DNA of 64,000 bases from the human T2T-CHM13v2.0 reference genome, Homo sapiens. Position numbers and translations under genes: made by a program. Location of the stretch: assembly GCF_009914755.1 (NCBI RefSeq), contig NC_060935.1. One strand, 5' to 3'. The notes beneath the pieces are model-generated. The model saw only the letters and a list, made by a program, of their open reading frames with translations, made no database searches and was not told the origin of the DNA. This document shows positions 1 to 13,093 of the stretch, piece by piece. Each line of letters starts with the position of its first letter. Within the stretch, counting starts at the first letter, position 1.

Positions 1-67
1 AAATTTCTGTTGTTTATAAGCCACCTGATCTATGGTATTTTGTTATAGAAGACCTTGTGAACTAAGG
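1..67 (+). mobile_element. MLT1-family MaLR LTR, 3' end (cut by window edge)
   Basis: aaatttctgttgtttataagccacc...tatggtattttgttatag...actaag matches the MLT1 3' terminus. Confidence 0.75.
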
Positions 68-1119
68 CTCTACCCTTTCAGTTTCCAGCAAAGCATTTAG
101 AGCTTCTAGATACATTCAGAATAAGGGGAGTTTGTTGAAGGTGACACTAGATCCTGAGTTAGCAGAAACTCATACCTCTAGCTATACCAATGGATATTAT
201 TACAATTTCTTGTTAAGTACTGTAATTAGTCATACACATGGGTCTGAATCATCTCTTGGCCTAAACTACCATTTCAGTTTCTCCTTAGGCAAGGGAAATA
301 GTGCAACTGCTATACACAGGTGGATACCTGTGCATCATGCATACATACCTATATTTATTTACATATCCATTGCAGCTCACAAATAAAGATCCCAATGATA
401 AATAATGACTACCTATTTAGTGATGACCATTTATGGGCTAGGGTCTTTATACACATCCTTACTTACTTGAATTTTCACAATAGTCTTGTGAAATATTGTA
501 ATACTGTCTCTTTTTTTTTTATAGATTTGAAACTCCCCAAGATCACTAGGGGAAGGGGTATTTAAACTCAAATTTGTCTTGCAAACCACATGTTTCTAAT
601 CACTCAACTTTTCTGTTTTTCTATTTTGCTTCCTTACACAAGAGTCTATTAGAGGCGTGCTCTCTCTCTCTCTCTGTAGAAGTGTTATTGTGTGATTAAT
701 AAAAGACAGAGATTTTGGTTTATCTTCACCAGTGGAAGGCTTTGATACATTACTCAATGTTCTCTGTGGTATCCTATATTGGATAACAGTCTCAAGCTCA
801 AAATTAAAGATTTCTTTAGATCAAATTTGATTGCAATCAACAAAAATTTACCTAATTAAAACTTTGGAGAGATTTCTCAGGTTCTTCACCATGGGAAAAG
901 GGCTTTGAAAGCCTAAAGAATGAAAATAAGGCATTTCCTATCATGAATAATGATGTGAAATTGTCTTAGAAAGGATTTTTTTTGTTGTTATTGCAAAGGA
1001 TAGACACCTACTAAGTCAGCGAAACAAAGAGAGGGAATGCATAAAGAAGCACAGTTGTCTAACTGAACCCAGAATAATGCAATGGGGTCTCAGGAGAAAA
1101 GGTATCCACTACAGACCCA

Positions 1120-1188
1120 GCTCCTAGAACAATGCCTAATTTAAAGTCAGGGTTCAATAAATACTTGTTGAATGGAAGAATGAATGAT
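1120..1188 (+). mobile_element. L2 LINE 3' end fragment
   Basis: cctagaacaatgcct...tcaataaatacttgttgaatg(gaa)tgaatga is the typical L2 tail. Confidence 0.65.
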
Positions 1189-1653
1189 TTCTAAATTTCT
1201 AGGAAATAGAATCCACTTTGCTCAGCTTGGGTCAGGTGTTCATAACCCAGTTCAATCAGTTTTGGCCAGAGGCAGAATTATATAGGGCCCTGGTGGGAGG
1301 AGAGGATGTGTTTCTCAGAGAAGGAAGGAACACTGTGACTGAGAAGACACCTCAAAAGGTGACAAAGAAGCAATACCTACCTTGCCTCAATGGAGGGCTG
1401 AGTCCCCTTTCGAGTGTAACAACATGGCCCTGTTAGGGAAAGTGTCGTAAAATTGGGACAAGGTAGAGGTAGTTGAACAGAAAAGTCATCTTGATCATAT
1501 TTTGCCTTTATACTTTTGAATATTGGAACAAATGAAATATTCTGAAAAGATGAAGAGAACACTTCTTTGTTTATGGAACTAACCAACTCTGTTGAAAGTG
1601 TCATGGATGTGTGTGTGTTTGTTTTGCCCAGTAGGGACAATGTTGTTAGGGGA

Positions 1654-2008
1654 TGCCATGGTGTGAATACCTGTGTCCCCCCCAAATTCATATGCTGAAA
1701 TCTTGCTCCCTCAAGGTGACAGTATTTGGGAGGTGATTAGGTCATGACAGTAGGGCCCCGTGAATGGGATTATTGCCCTTATAAAAGAGAAGCCCCAGAG
1801 AGCTGCCATGCCTCTTCTACCATGTGAGGACAGAACAAGAAGTTGCCATCTATCTGAAAACAGGCCTTCACCAGATACCGAATCTACTGGTGCCTTGATC
1901 TTGGACTTCCCAACCTTCAGAACTGTGAGAAATAAATTTCTGTTTTTCAGAAGCCACCCAGTTTCCGGTACTATTTTTTTTTAATAGCACCCTGAATGGA
2001 CTTATATA
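1654..2008 (+). mobile_element. MLT1A/MLT1A0-type MaLR solo LTR
   Basis: Starts tgccatggtgtgaat...tgtgtccccccc aaattcatatgctgaa; carries ccttgatcttggacttcc...agaactgtgagaaataaatttctg near the end. Confidence 0.85.
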
Positions 2009-2915
2009 TGGTGCTACTTTACAAGGCAAAGATTAAAGTCAGGGTCTATGTTTGGGGCAGAAACACCTAATTGACAGTTTGCAGGCTTTGATTAGCTCTA
2101 GAGAAACCACCCGAATCTGAGCTTGGTCAGGGAGAAGCCATGCTTCTAAGGACAAACAGGACCTCTCTCAGTTTGGTCATTGCCTACTTTCTTGGCTCCT
2201 CTGTCTTTGTTTATCTCCCCCGACTCCATCCTCAGCACATTCACAAATGCTTCAGCCATACTAAATGTCTCATCTTTCCCCAAACCTCTCTATTCTTCCA
2301 GGCATCCATGTCTTAACTCAAGCTTTTCTCTCTGCCTGGATTTTCTTATCCTTTGGGTGAACAACTACTTACCTTTCAAGGTTTCACATTTAGTCACCCA
2401 TGAAATCTCCTCTGACCTTCTCTCTACATCCACAAACTCCCCCTTTTATACTCTTCGTTACTATAGAGGATAGGAAGACAAAACCATATTCTGAGAAATT
2501 CTTGCAGTAAGCTGATGTGACCAAGGTTTGAGGAAATGGCTTTGTTTACCTGACACGTGGAGGTAGAAGTGAGAAACAAAGATGGAGGCCACATACAGGG
2601 AGGCTGTCCTGGCAAGCATGATGGTAGAGGCATTTGATTCTTCTGAAACCAGGTGGCAGCTTTGCCAGTGTTCAGTCTCTGGTATTATAGCCTCTAGCAA
2701 CAGAGAGTGTAGAAATAGGGATACTGCTAGGATAGTCCCGAGGTGTTGATGACAAGGCTTTTTGTTTTTTTCTGGATGTGTAACATCCAAGCCTGACTCT
2801 CTTGGAAATTCTGCAAGCTGTAGTAAATTAGTAAATTCCTTTGTACTTACACTACAGAGGATTCTGTAGTCTTCAACTAAAAACTCTTATTGACACTGCA
2901 CCCCAGTTCAGGTTT

Positions 2916-2919
2916 TATA

Positions 2920-2980
<61 letters not shown>
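2916..2980. repeat. (TA)n microsatellite at the tail end of an Alu
   Basis: Direct reading; near-pure TA run. Confidence 0.95.
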
Positions 2981-2983
<3 letters not shown>

Positions 2984-3268
2984 TTTTAAGATTGAGTCTC
3001 ACTCTATCACCCAAGCTGGAGTGAAGTGGTATGATCTTGGCTCACTGCAACCTCTGCCTCCCGGGTTCAAATGATTCTCCTGCCTTAGCCACCTGAGTAG
3101 CTGGGATTACAGGTGCCTGCCACCACGCTCAGCTAATTTTTGTATGTTTAGTAGAGAGAGGGTTTCACCATGTTGGCCAGGCTGATCTCGAACTCCTGAC
3201 CTCAGATGATCCACCTGCCTCGGCCTCCCAAAGTGCTGGGATTACAGGCGTGAGCCACTACATCTAGG
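2981..3268 (-). mobile_element. AluS SINE
   Basis: Full dimeric Alu in reverse orientation (gagtctcactctatcaccc...cccaaagtgctgggattacaggcgtgagccac). Confidence 0.95.
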
Positions 3269-4438
3269 TTCTAGATCTGAATAAGTGCTGTGTTTCAAAT
3301 ATCTTGGATTTGGTAAGTGCTGAATAATGGATGCATGAATGAGTGGGTAGATGTGTCTCAAAGGGCAATCTCTAATTCTCTAGGTTCCAAGATAGAAATG
3401 GGAAAACCCTTGGTGACAGTAACATGAATTGAGTTTGAAGAGCCAGGGGCTGAGTGTGAAGAGCACAGGGCAACTAGAAGGAAGTTGAGGAAAAGTAGCC
3501 TTCACTCCTGCCAAACAGAGCACAGGGGCAGCTTTCATTATAATGTAAGGTCATGCTGTGTCTACATATACCATGTTGATTCACTATCTCCAGCAGAAAA
3601 ATGCCTGGTTAATTTCAATGAAAACAGGTAAACTTGATGCTTGGTGTTGTGCTGACTAAACACGCAGTGAACTGACAGAATCATATTGAATGACTGGCTT
3701 GGTGGCACATCAATATACAGTCCCAGAGACCCAGCCAAGTAGAAGGGTGAGAATTGGAGATGAGATTGGGTCTGAGGAGTGCACCGCAGGGCTAGGGATG
3801 CTGAGCAAGGCTTGAGGTGATGGGAGGAAATAAAAGGAAATGTGGCTTTCCTATTGTGTTTTCTCTTTTCATTTTCTATGGCAAGGAGATTGATAGTCAA
3901 TATGATTGTATGTTGTAGCTAATATATGCATAGATGTAGCTATATGGATGTAATCACCATATTCTATGACAGTAGTTATCTAATTCTCTGTCCCACCTAG
4001 CCTCAATTTTCAGAGGGGCTCAGGACAGGCAGGACAAATGGAGGATAGTAAGGAGTCCCTGAGCCCTAATGGTCAGTAGGACGGCTCAGATCACTTGCAG
4101 TCACTGCCAACAATTCTATCTATAGTCCTTAACTTGGGACTTTAATTCATTAGGTATATTTTTGAGAATAAATTACTCTCACCATGGGAAGTTTTTATCT
4201 GGTCTTAACAAAGAGCTAACTTACACCTAACATGCTGGACAAGTGTAAATTTAATTTAAATTTGCACACCTCCCTTCCCCCACTTACTATCCCCAGGGAG
4301 CTGTGTGTCATAACTCAGGGGCAAGGCATGTTTGCATTCTGGCATCACAGTGGCAGAGGGGAAGGAGAGAGGGCTGGTTGGGAGTTAGGGAACTAAGCCT
4401 GCTACAGAAGCTTCCCTAGTTCTAGGCAGTGTCTTGAG

Positions 4439-4611
4439 CAGGGATTCTTCACTGAGGGAGCACATCAGAATCATCTATAGAACTTTCAAAAACTACACAT
4501 ACTCATGGACCTTTCCCCAATCCAGTAGGTTTAGGGTGTGGCCTAGTCATTTGGATTTTGAAAAAGCCCCATGAGCAGTTCTGATGTGCCCCTGTTGACG
4601 GAGAACCACTG
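4439..4611 (+). mobile_element. MER5A-like hAT-Charlie MITE
   Basis: cagggattct...catcagaatca...cagtaggtttagggtgtggcc...gagaaccactg, with terminal inverted repeats. Confidence 0.75.
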
Positions 4612-5805
4612 ATAGGCGCAGCAATCTCAGGCCTAGTTCTGATGACTATCCCTGTGGATAGGGACAGCATCATAGAGCAAGATGTGAAGAGGAGTCCAGT
4701 TCAGAGGGAGCAGGTGTACTATGAGCTCAGTCTGCAGGTGGCAGGACCCCAGAAGCAGGTAGGGGATCTTAGAGAACAGAGCCTAGCCTTACAGGAGGGA
4801 ACTGAGCCCTAGTCCCTGCTGGTATTCAGGTTGAGGCTCTCGGTTTCCAGCAGAAATCTAAACTATTGGTAGGAACCCTGGGACTCAAGTCCCCTGGCGT
4901 GTTCCTCAAACACAGGATCTGCTCAATTGCACAGGAGACTAACCATGATGGCCACTGTAGCTGGGACCCTGCAGCAAGATCTGGGGCGTGGTCAAGAGTT
5001 TCAGAGTGAGGCCTAGGGAGAAGGCCATCCATATCCACTCCAACCTTGTCAGAAATGGGGCTGGTGAACTCAGGAGGGCTTGTTGTCAGTCCCACCTGGG
5101 GAAGATGAAGGTGGAGGAAATAAGGCAAGGGTTGGCAGTGGTTGTAAACAGCTGGCCCAGGATGGCTTGGTTACTGTCCCAGCCAGCAAGTGCCTCCACA
5201 GTGGTGCCCTACAGACACACTCTACAACTTGGGGGTTTGATCTAGATGGTTCGTTTAAGCTCAGTGTGTTTTTTGGGGTTTGTAAACTACTTAAATTGTG
5301 ACAAAATTTTGTTCACCAGGGGTTCTTCCCTAGAAAGCTGCAGTCTGGTTATTCTGTTTTGAGGTCTCTGTTGCCTCTGCTGCAAAATCTTATGGCTTGC
5401 TCTGTCTTTTGCCTGTGCTCATGCATTTCCGGAATCGGTCTGTTTTCCCTGGAAATTATGCCTGCTCTACAAAATGTGCTGATTTCTCTGATTTGGGTCA
5501 TCTTCTCTAGGTCACAGGTGCTCTCATTGTCTACTACTGCTGATTTGCCCTGTGCCCATCCTGGCTCTCATTGACAGCTTCCACCTGTTTGCACACTGTC
5601 TACACTTCCGCTGCCTCATGGTTCATTCCCAACTCTTGACTCTGTTCTCCATGGGAGGGACTATTTCACTGCAGAAACCCAATTATTTAGGAGGGAATGA
5701 ACAGGCTTCTTGGCATAGAACTGCTAAAAAGACCCACTTCCCGCTCTTTGAGATGAAAAACACATGTTTATTTCCTGGTATCTCAATTTCTGGTCCCTGA
5801 TTACA

Positions 5806-5948
5806 TAAAGTTGTCAGATTTAGCTAATAAAAATACAGAATAATCAGTTAAATCTGAACATTCGAGACACTGTTACATTAAAAGTTATTTGTGGTTTACC
5901 TAAAATTAAAATGTAACCGTGTGTCTTCTATTTTATCTGGCAACCCTA
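5806..5948. mobile_element. MER53 palindromic hAT MITE, internally deleted
   Basis: taaagttgtcagatttagc...aaaatacaga...cagttaaat / ...ttttatctggcaacccta ends. Confidence 0.8.
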
Positions 5949-6410
5949 TGACTGAAAGAAAGTAGCTGAATTTGAAAGTAGTCAGAAGGGTACTGGAATA
6001 CTGAGTTACAGACACACACACAAACATCCCTGATGAGTCAGATTACTTTATGGAAGGTACTTGGGCAAATGACTGCTAGTTGTTATCCAACATGTATTTT
6101 CTTCTTTTAGTAGAACTTCCAAACTTATTCTGAGCACAGGAAAAGAGAAGGGTGTATATTGCTCAATATCTCTTGCAGCTAGAAGTTGCCAGAAGAGTAT
6201 GAGAAGAAGTGATGTGTACAACTTCAGGATTATGCCCTTAGAGGGAAGGGCCATACTCTCCACTCCCCTTTCTCACTGATTGGAATATAGACAGGGTGGT
6301 TGGATCTGGGACAGGTATCTTAGGATAAGAGACAGAGGTTGTGTGTTGAGTATAGGAGCTCAACAAGATAGAAGAGTCTTCAACATCACATCAGCCCTGC
6401 CTGCTTGCAC

Positions 6411-6775
6411 TGATGGTTTGGCTCGGTGTCCCCACCCAAATCTCATCTCAAATTGTAATCCCCATACGTACAGGGAGGAAATTGGTGGGAGGTGATAGGG
6501 TCATGAACAACATCGGTTCCCCCATGCTGTTCTCATGCTAGTGAGAGAGTTCTCATGAGATCTGATTGTTTATAAGCAGCAGTTTCTGCTGCGTGCTCTT
6601 TATCTCCTGCCGCCATGTAGAACATGCCTTGCTTCCCCTTCTCCTTCCACTATGATTGTAAGTTTCCTGAGGCCTCCCCAGCCATGCAGAACTGTGAGTC
6701 AATTAAACCTCTTTCCTTCATAAATTACCCAGTCACAAGTAGTTCTTTATAGCAGTGTGAAAATGGACTAATACA
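6411..6775 (+). mobile_element. MSTA-type MaLR solo LTR with 5-bp TSD
   Basis: TG...CA ends (tgatggtttggct...ggactaataca); tgcac at 6406-6410 and 6776-6780. Confidence 0.9.
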
Positions 6776-6807
6776 TGCACATAAACTGTTACTGGAGAGA
6801 GAAATAA

Positions 6808-7143
<336 letters not shown>

Positions 7144-7364
7144 TGCCACTGTTACTTTGGCTTTTGTAGGAGCCAACTAACTGGTATTCTAACTAGCACA
7201 GGTATCATTGTTGATTCTCTGGCAGACATATTTCAGAATTCCAAGAGACCAGATTTGTAGTGTTCTACAGGAAGCTGTGCTTTTGTTTGCATTGACATTC
7301 CTTTTGCTTATTCCACAGCAGACATGGAAGCAAGACACAGGTCCAGGATAGGGCGGGAAAGTGG

Positions 7365-7550
7365 CTTTCTCAGTGACATTTCAGTGTGAATGAGACTGAC
7401 CCAGGGAGTTTGTTAAAATGCAGATTACTTAGCTCTCTCCTTTGGGATGTGAATTTGACAATTCTGGCCTGACCCAGAGAATCAGCATTTGAAAAGTATT
7501 CCACGTCATTCTGATGGCAGCCCTTGGGCCACACTGAAAAAAAAACTCTG
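7365..7550 (+). mobile_element. MER5-family hAT-Charlie relic
   Basis: ccagggagtttgttaaaatgcagatt...gcattt...cattctgatg...ccacact. Confidence 0.6.
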
Positions 7551-8189
7551 GTCTATAAGTGGAGCCCTTCAATATGCGGGGCTCCTGGGAAATACTTCAG
7601 TGAATTAACTCAGGAAGATTCTTAACTGCTACAGAGATGCTGTTGATGGTGGTGTTTAGCAGTCTAGGAACAGCGCCTTGGAAATGAATACTTGGAAATA
7701 TTTGATGGGACACTCAGTGAAATGCAGACATTTGGAAAGTTACAAAGCTTTACTCTGGATGGCCTGTAAATACCACACACATGCACTAATTAGATAACCA
7801 GACGTAATTAAACTATTTGGAGACATGATTGAAAAGTAAATATTTTAAGGGACAAGAGGGCAAATTTTAAACACTCCATTCTTCACGCTCATTTCTTTAG
7901 TTCACAATGTTGACTGAGAAGTCGGGGTAATTACAAGTGGTAATAATGCTTGATAATTACATATTTGCCTCTGTTTACATTGGACATGAAATTAGGAAAC
8001 TCACTTCCTAAGTGAACCCTTGTGAGCATCCTTTCACAGAGAGTGAAGTTCATATCACAATCAAAGCAATAAGAGGGAGTAATTGTGACACTAACCACAG
8101 GAGGAAAACAATCAGGGATAAACTTTCAGCCCAAAGGAGTGAGATGGGGACTGAAGAGAGGATAAAAGTGCCAACCAGCCAACCAGATA

Positions 8190-9550
8190 AATAATAACAT
8201 TTTTTTTGAGTATCTACATTGTGCAAGGGCCCTGTGCTAGGAACTATGTGGGGGTGGGGCAGGGTCAGAGAGACACTGAAGATGGAGAAACTTAAAATGT
8301 ACCTGGGAGCCAGGACGCATCTGAATGCAAAGTTCCACTGTAAGCGATGTGGGAGTAGTGCCAAATCAGCACTTCAGGGACTCCAAAGATGGAGACGCTG
8401 GAGAGGGTGCAGACAGTCAGGAGGAGCTTCTTCAAGTAGGAAGTCAATCAACACTTATGAGCCGTTGTTGGTGTTGGGGATGCAAAGATGGCCAGGAAGG
8501 AGTCCCTCTCCTCAAGGGGCTTCCATTCTGGTGGAGGGAGACCGATCTCAGAATACTATTACTGGATAGAAATATTGAATTTGTTAATCAATAATAGTAA
8601 TAATTGATTGCTGTTATTGTATATTGTTGGCCAGTTGGGGTGGCTCACATCTGTAATCCCAGCACTTTTGGGAGGTGGGAGGATTGCTTGAGGCCAAGAG
8701 TTGGAGACCAGCCTGGGCACCATAGCAAGACCCTGTCCCTACAAAAAATTTAAAAATTAGCTGGGCATGGTGGTGTGTGTCTGTAGTCCTACTACTTGGG
8801 AAGCTGAAGAGGGAGGATCACTTGAGCTCAGGATAGGAGTTCCAGGCTGCAGTGAGCTGTGATGGTGCCACTAAACTCTAGCCTGGGCAACAGAGGGAGA
8901 CCCTGTCTCATGCATATGTGTGCGTGTGTGTATAGTTAATCACAGATAATCAATCCATATATCAGATATTTTCTGATATGGATAAGAGCTACAAAAAAGC
9001 TTTGATAAGATAAAATGGTGGAAGTGAGTGGAGCTGAGTGGGGTCAGATGGTGGTCCCAAAAGGCCTCTCTGAAGAGATGAGGGAGTCTGAGGCTTGACC
9101 CTAACCAGGAGAAAATGGCAGGTGTTGGGTAGCTAGGGAAAGCATTTGCAGGCTCAGTGTGCCCTCTAGATAGTGAGGAGGCCAGCATGGCTGCAGAGTG
9201 GTGAGGGAGGGGACAGTGGTGGAGAAGGGACTGGAGAATAGCTAGGGCCTGGAGGCTGGGGAAGGAATTTCAGGGTTTATTCTAAGGATGCAGGCTATTG
9301 TGGAGGGTCTTGGGGCAGGAGTGACATGATATAATTTGTGTGTTTAAAAAGAAACCATTCTGGCAGCTGTGAGGCAGTAAGCCCTGGGGCTCAGGCATGG
9401 AGCTGGAAGATCAGCAAGGGGCTGTTTTGGTGGCTCAGGGTGGGCCTGGAAGGATGTAACTAGGTGGATGTAACTAGGTGAGGCTAAGGGGAGCACGCCA
9501 CAGGGTGGGGACCCAGAGCATGAGCATTGAGGACAGGAGCCAACAGGGTG
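8190..9550 (-). mobile_element. L2 LINE fragments interrupted by an Alu
   Basis: ttgagtatctac...tgtgctagg, gaggaggccagcatggctg and ggagtgacatgat motifs of reverse-strand L2. Confidence 0.6.
8629..8910 (+). mobile_element. AluJ SINE
   Basis: ggccagttggggtggctcacatctgtaatcccagcac...gagaccctgtctca; A-tail lost and replaced by TG-rich sequence. Confidence 0.92.
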
Positions 9551-10140
9551 TGTGGGGAAACTGAGGCCACCAGTCAGATAGGGGTGGCAGGGGGCGAGAA
9601 GAGAAGGCAACAGGCGAAGATGGGCAGTGCCCTCTTGTTGTTTGGGGAAGGAGCTCACGTGGGAATTTAACGTGAGTGGCTGATGCCCAGAGATCTCCAT
9701 AGGAAAGTGGTCAGGCCTTCACAGAGGGTCTTTCTTGCTGAGAAAAAAAGCCCAGCTGGCCTGTAGAATGAGGGAGGTGTGCACAGGAAGCAGGCGCTGA
9801 CATGCCATCAGCCCCTCTGCGTGACAGGTGCTGGAATTCAGAGCACACTAATGTGGTCACAGCCCTCCCGGGTCTGGCTCATCAGCCTCTTCCTTTCACA
9901 GAGGAGCACACCCAAGTCCGGGGAGGTTTTCAAAAGCAGCCCAGCCAGGAAGAAGCCATGCCAGGGTGAAACCGAGGTCTTTCTGACTCCAGGTCGGTCG
10001 GGCTTCCTAACCAGGGCACCACAGTCTCCATGCTGACCAGACTGTTTTCCTGCCTGCTGCTATTTTCCTGACACTTTCTTCCCTTTCCAACACTCTCTTC
10101 TCTTTCCTCTTCACCGTGTTCCTACCTAGCCAATGACTAC

Positions 10141-10213
10141 TACTATATATATATACTATATATATAGTTTAAAGTGTATATATATATACACTATATATAT
10201 ACAGTTTAAAGTG
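10141..10213. repeat. TA-rich compound repeat with short palindromes
   Basis: Two ctatatatat(ac)agtttaaagtg units; perfect palindromes at 10155-10168 and 10173-10192. Confidence 0.85.
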
Positions 10214-10794
10214 ACTGGGATCTTCAATCTTAAATCCAACCACAAAAACAAAAAAGGAGGTGTTTGTCCTTGGAGTACATCTCTCCCCCTGGCAGGGGAG
10301 AGGCCTTGTGCACACATCCACTGGACTTCACACACGTGAGCTGAGCTCATGAACGTTCCCTAGACTGTCAGGGCTCTCTATTTTGGAAGGAGGTTGAGGA
10401 ATTTGCCCAAAGTCACCCAGCTGATGGGTGGAAATTATTCTCAGTCTCGACAACTCTTGTGCTTTTTGGATTTTCCCAGCAGCCCATGCTGCTCTGAGCC
10501 ATTTCTCAAGATGTCTCCTTTTCCCTCGTGTTGCCTGTAACACTGGTGACATAAACCTCACCCTTCTTGCCTTACTCCCATCTGAGTAGTGTCTCAGTGA
10601 TGTGTGCCTCTATCCTTCCTGTCCCTCCAGCCTGAGTGTGGAAAATTTTTGTGACTCCCAATGCCTTTCTACCCCCTGCATCTTCTTGCCCTCAGCTTCT
10701 CTGACATGTTCAAGAACAAACCTTTGGCCTCCATACCTGTGCCTTGGAGAACAGATCTATAGCATTAAAAATAAACACGTGGACAAACAAACTG

Positions 10795-11615
10795 TTCCAT
10801 TGTATGCTGCTGTGTTACAAATGGCCCCTGAGTTGTGTGAAATAATAGCCATGTTTTTAGGCTCATAGTTTCTCTGGGGCAAGAGTCTGGACAGAGTACA
10901 GTGAGGAGGACTCACCTCTGCTTCATGATTATCTGGGGCCTCAGCAGGGAAGACTTGAATGGCTGCAGGTAACTCAAGTGGTTGGGGACTAAAATCATTC
11001 TTCATTCACATGTCTGGCACCTGACTGGGCCTAGCTGGGACTGTTGACCAGAGTGGCTTACGTGTGGCCACTCCACGTGGCTTGGGCTTCCTCACAACAT
11101 GGTCGCAGCTAGTCAGACTTCTTACTGCAGACTTGAGGTTTCAAAAGTCCATGTTCAGCCAGGCGCAGTGACTCACACCTGTAATCCCAGTACTTTGGGA
11201 GGCCGAGGTGGGCAGATCACCTTAGGTCAGGAGTTAGAGACCGCCTGGCCAACATGGTGAAACCCCATCTCTACTAAAAATACAAAAATTAGCCAGGTAT
11301 GGGGGTGCGTGCCTGTAGTCCCAGCTACTCAGGAGGCTGGGGCAGGAGAATCACTTGAACCGCGTAGGCGGAGGCTGCAGTAAGCCAAGATCACACCACT
11401 GCAGTTCAGCCCCGGGTGGCAGAGCAAGATTCCGACTAAAAAAAAAGTCCATGTGTCCATGTTCCAGAGAGCAAGATGGGAACTGCATGATCTTTTGTGA
11501 CTTAGACACACTGTCATTTCTGACATACTCTATTGTTCAAGACAGTCATTCAGGTTTAGGTAGAAGTGACATAGACTCCACATTTCAATAGAAGGAATGT
11601 CAAAGAATTTGTGGC
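10795..11615 (-). mobile_element. MLT1H-like MaLR LTR interrupted by an Alu
   Basis: tgctgctgtgttacaaat...ctcatagtttct...tcacatgtctggc...gcttgggcttcctcacaacatgg...gtcaaagaatttgtggc. Confidence 0.7.
11157..11446 (+). mobile_element. AluS SINE with TSD
   Basis: Full Alu; TSD aaaagtccatgt on both sides. Confidence 0.95.
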
Positions 11616-12079
11616 TGTTTTGAAACTGGCATGCAAATAAATAAACATTTTGTAAGGCAAAACCGAACAAGCCCCCTGTTATAATTTTTAACTCATCAGA
11701 AAAGTCTCCAAAGTCTAAAACAGCAGTTCCTAACCTTTTCCACACAAAGTTCTTTCCAATTTAAAACACAACAAAAATCTCCCAAAGAAATAGTTATTGT
11801 TTTTTTTTAGAAAAACACACACTCATGACAAATAATTCAATACAGCTAAACACAAAGAATTAAGCCTAGTCCAAATAATGTAAAATATTCCTAAAACCTC
11901 ATAGTCTAGAGATAACTGATTGTTAATTTTTGAAGAATATCCTTTAAGATATTTCTGTATGCATTTACACACATAAATGTATGAATCGTTTTACATAAAT
12001 AGGATCATCATATTGAGTTTTTCTGAAATACGTTCTCCTTTTTACACTCAATAACACGCTACAGCCATTTTTCCATTTC

Positions 12080-12403
12080 TTTTTTTTCTTTTCTTTTTCT
12101 TTCTCTTTTTTTTTTTTTTTTTTTTTTTGAGACGGAGTCTCACCCTGTCACCCAGGCTAGAGTGTAGTGGCGCAATTTCGGCTCACTGCGAACTCTGCCT
12201 CCTCAAGTGATTCACCTGCCTCAGCCTCCCGAGCAGCTGGGATTTACATGCACCCGCCACTGCGCCCAGCTAATTTTTGTATTTTTAGTAGAGATGGGGT
12301 TTCACGATGTTGTCCAGGCTGGTCTCAAATTCCTGACCTCATGATTCACCGGCCTCAGCCTCCCAAAGTGCTGAGATTACAGGCATGATCCACCACACCT
12401 AGC
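12080..12403 (-). mobile_element. AluS SINE with small internal deletions
   Basis: Poly-T/CT tail followed by reverse Alu; TSD cattttt(c/t)catttc. Confidence 0.93.
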
Positions 12404-12470
12404 CCATTTTTTCATTTCAATAGTCACAGCAGAAGACTATTGGTTTCTCACACAGCAGATATTGTCCCTT

Positions 12471-12745
12471 CTTTTTCTTTTTCTTTCTTTCTTTCTTTCT
12501 TTTTTTTTGAGGCAGGGTCTTGTTCTATTGCCCAGGCCAAATATCCTCCCACTTCAGCCTCCCAAATATCTGGGACCACAAGCCTGTTCCACCATGCCCA
12601 GCTAATTTTTACTTTTTTTTTTTTTTTGTAGAGACGGGGTTTGATTGTGCTGCCCAGGCTGGTCTCAAATTCCTTGGCTCAAGCGATCCTTCTGTCTTGG
12701 CCTCCGTACATGCTGGGATTACAGGAGTGAGCCACTGCACCAGCC
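12471..12745 (-). mobile_element. AluJ SINE with right-arm deletion
   Basis: gaggcagggtcttg...ctcaagcgatcct...gagccactgcaccagcc; TSD tgtccctt. Confidence 0.9.
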
Positions 12746-13026
12746 TGTCCCTTTCTACCTTCCTAACAAAAACCCTGTTTTAATTCAGGCATCCATTCTC
12801 CTTTGAGAGGCAACATGTTTCCAGGAAAGCAGACACTATTTCTAATTTCTAGTGTAAAAGACAATTGGGCTTAGCTAAAATAGCAGTCCGTTCCCCTGGC
12901 CAGTGACTGAGGTAATGACAGAATGTGACATAATTCTGGCTAAAGCGATGGCAAGACTGATGGCAGGTTTGGGAAAATGGGATCCTTGGTGATACAAAGG
13001 AATAATTAGGAACAGCCTCACTTCTA

Positions 13027-13093
13027 TTCGGTTGGTGCAGAAGTAATTGCAGTTTTGCCATTAAAAACCACAATTACTTTTGCACCTATCAAA
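13027..13093. mobile_element. MADE1 (Hsmar1 mariner MITE), centrally deleted, TA TSD
   Basis: ttcggttggtgcagaagtaattgc...caattacttttgcacctatcaa inverted repeats flanked by TA. Confidence 0.9.

Noticed and set aside
4243-4267. 12-bp AT-rich inverted repeat (similar one near 46013-46031)
   Set aside because: Short and AT-rich; expected by chance in 64 kb
9452-9479. 14-nt tandem duplication ggatgtaactaggt
   Set aside because: Common slippage event inside an L2 relic
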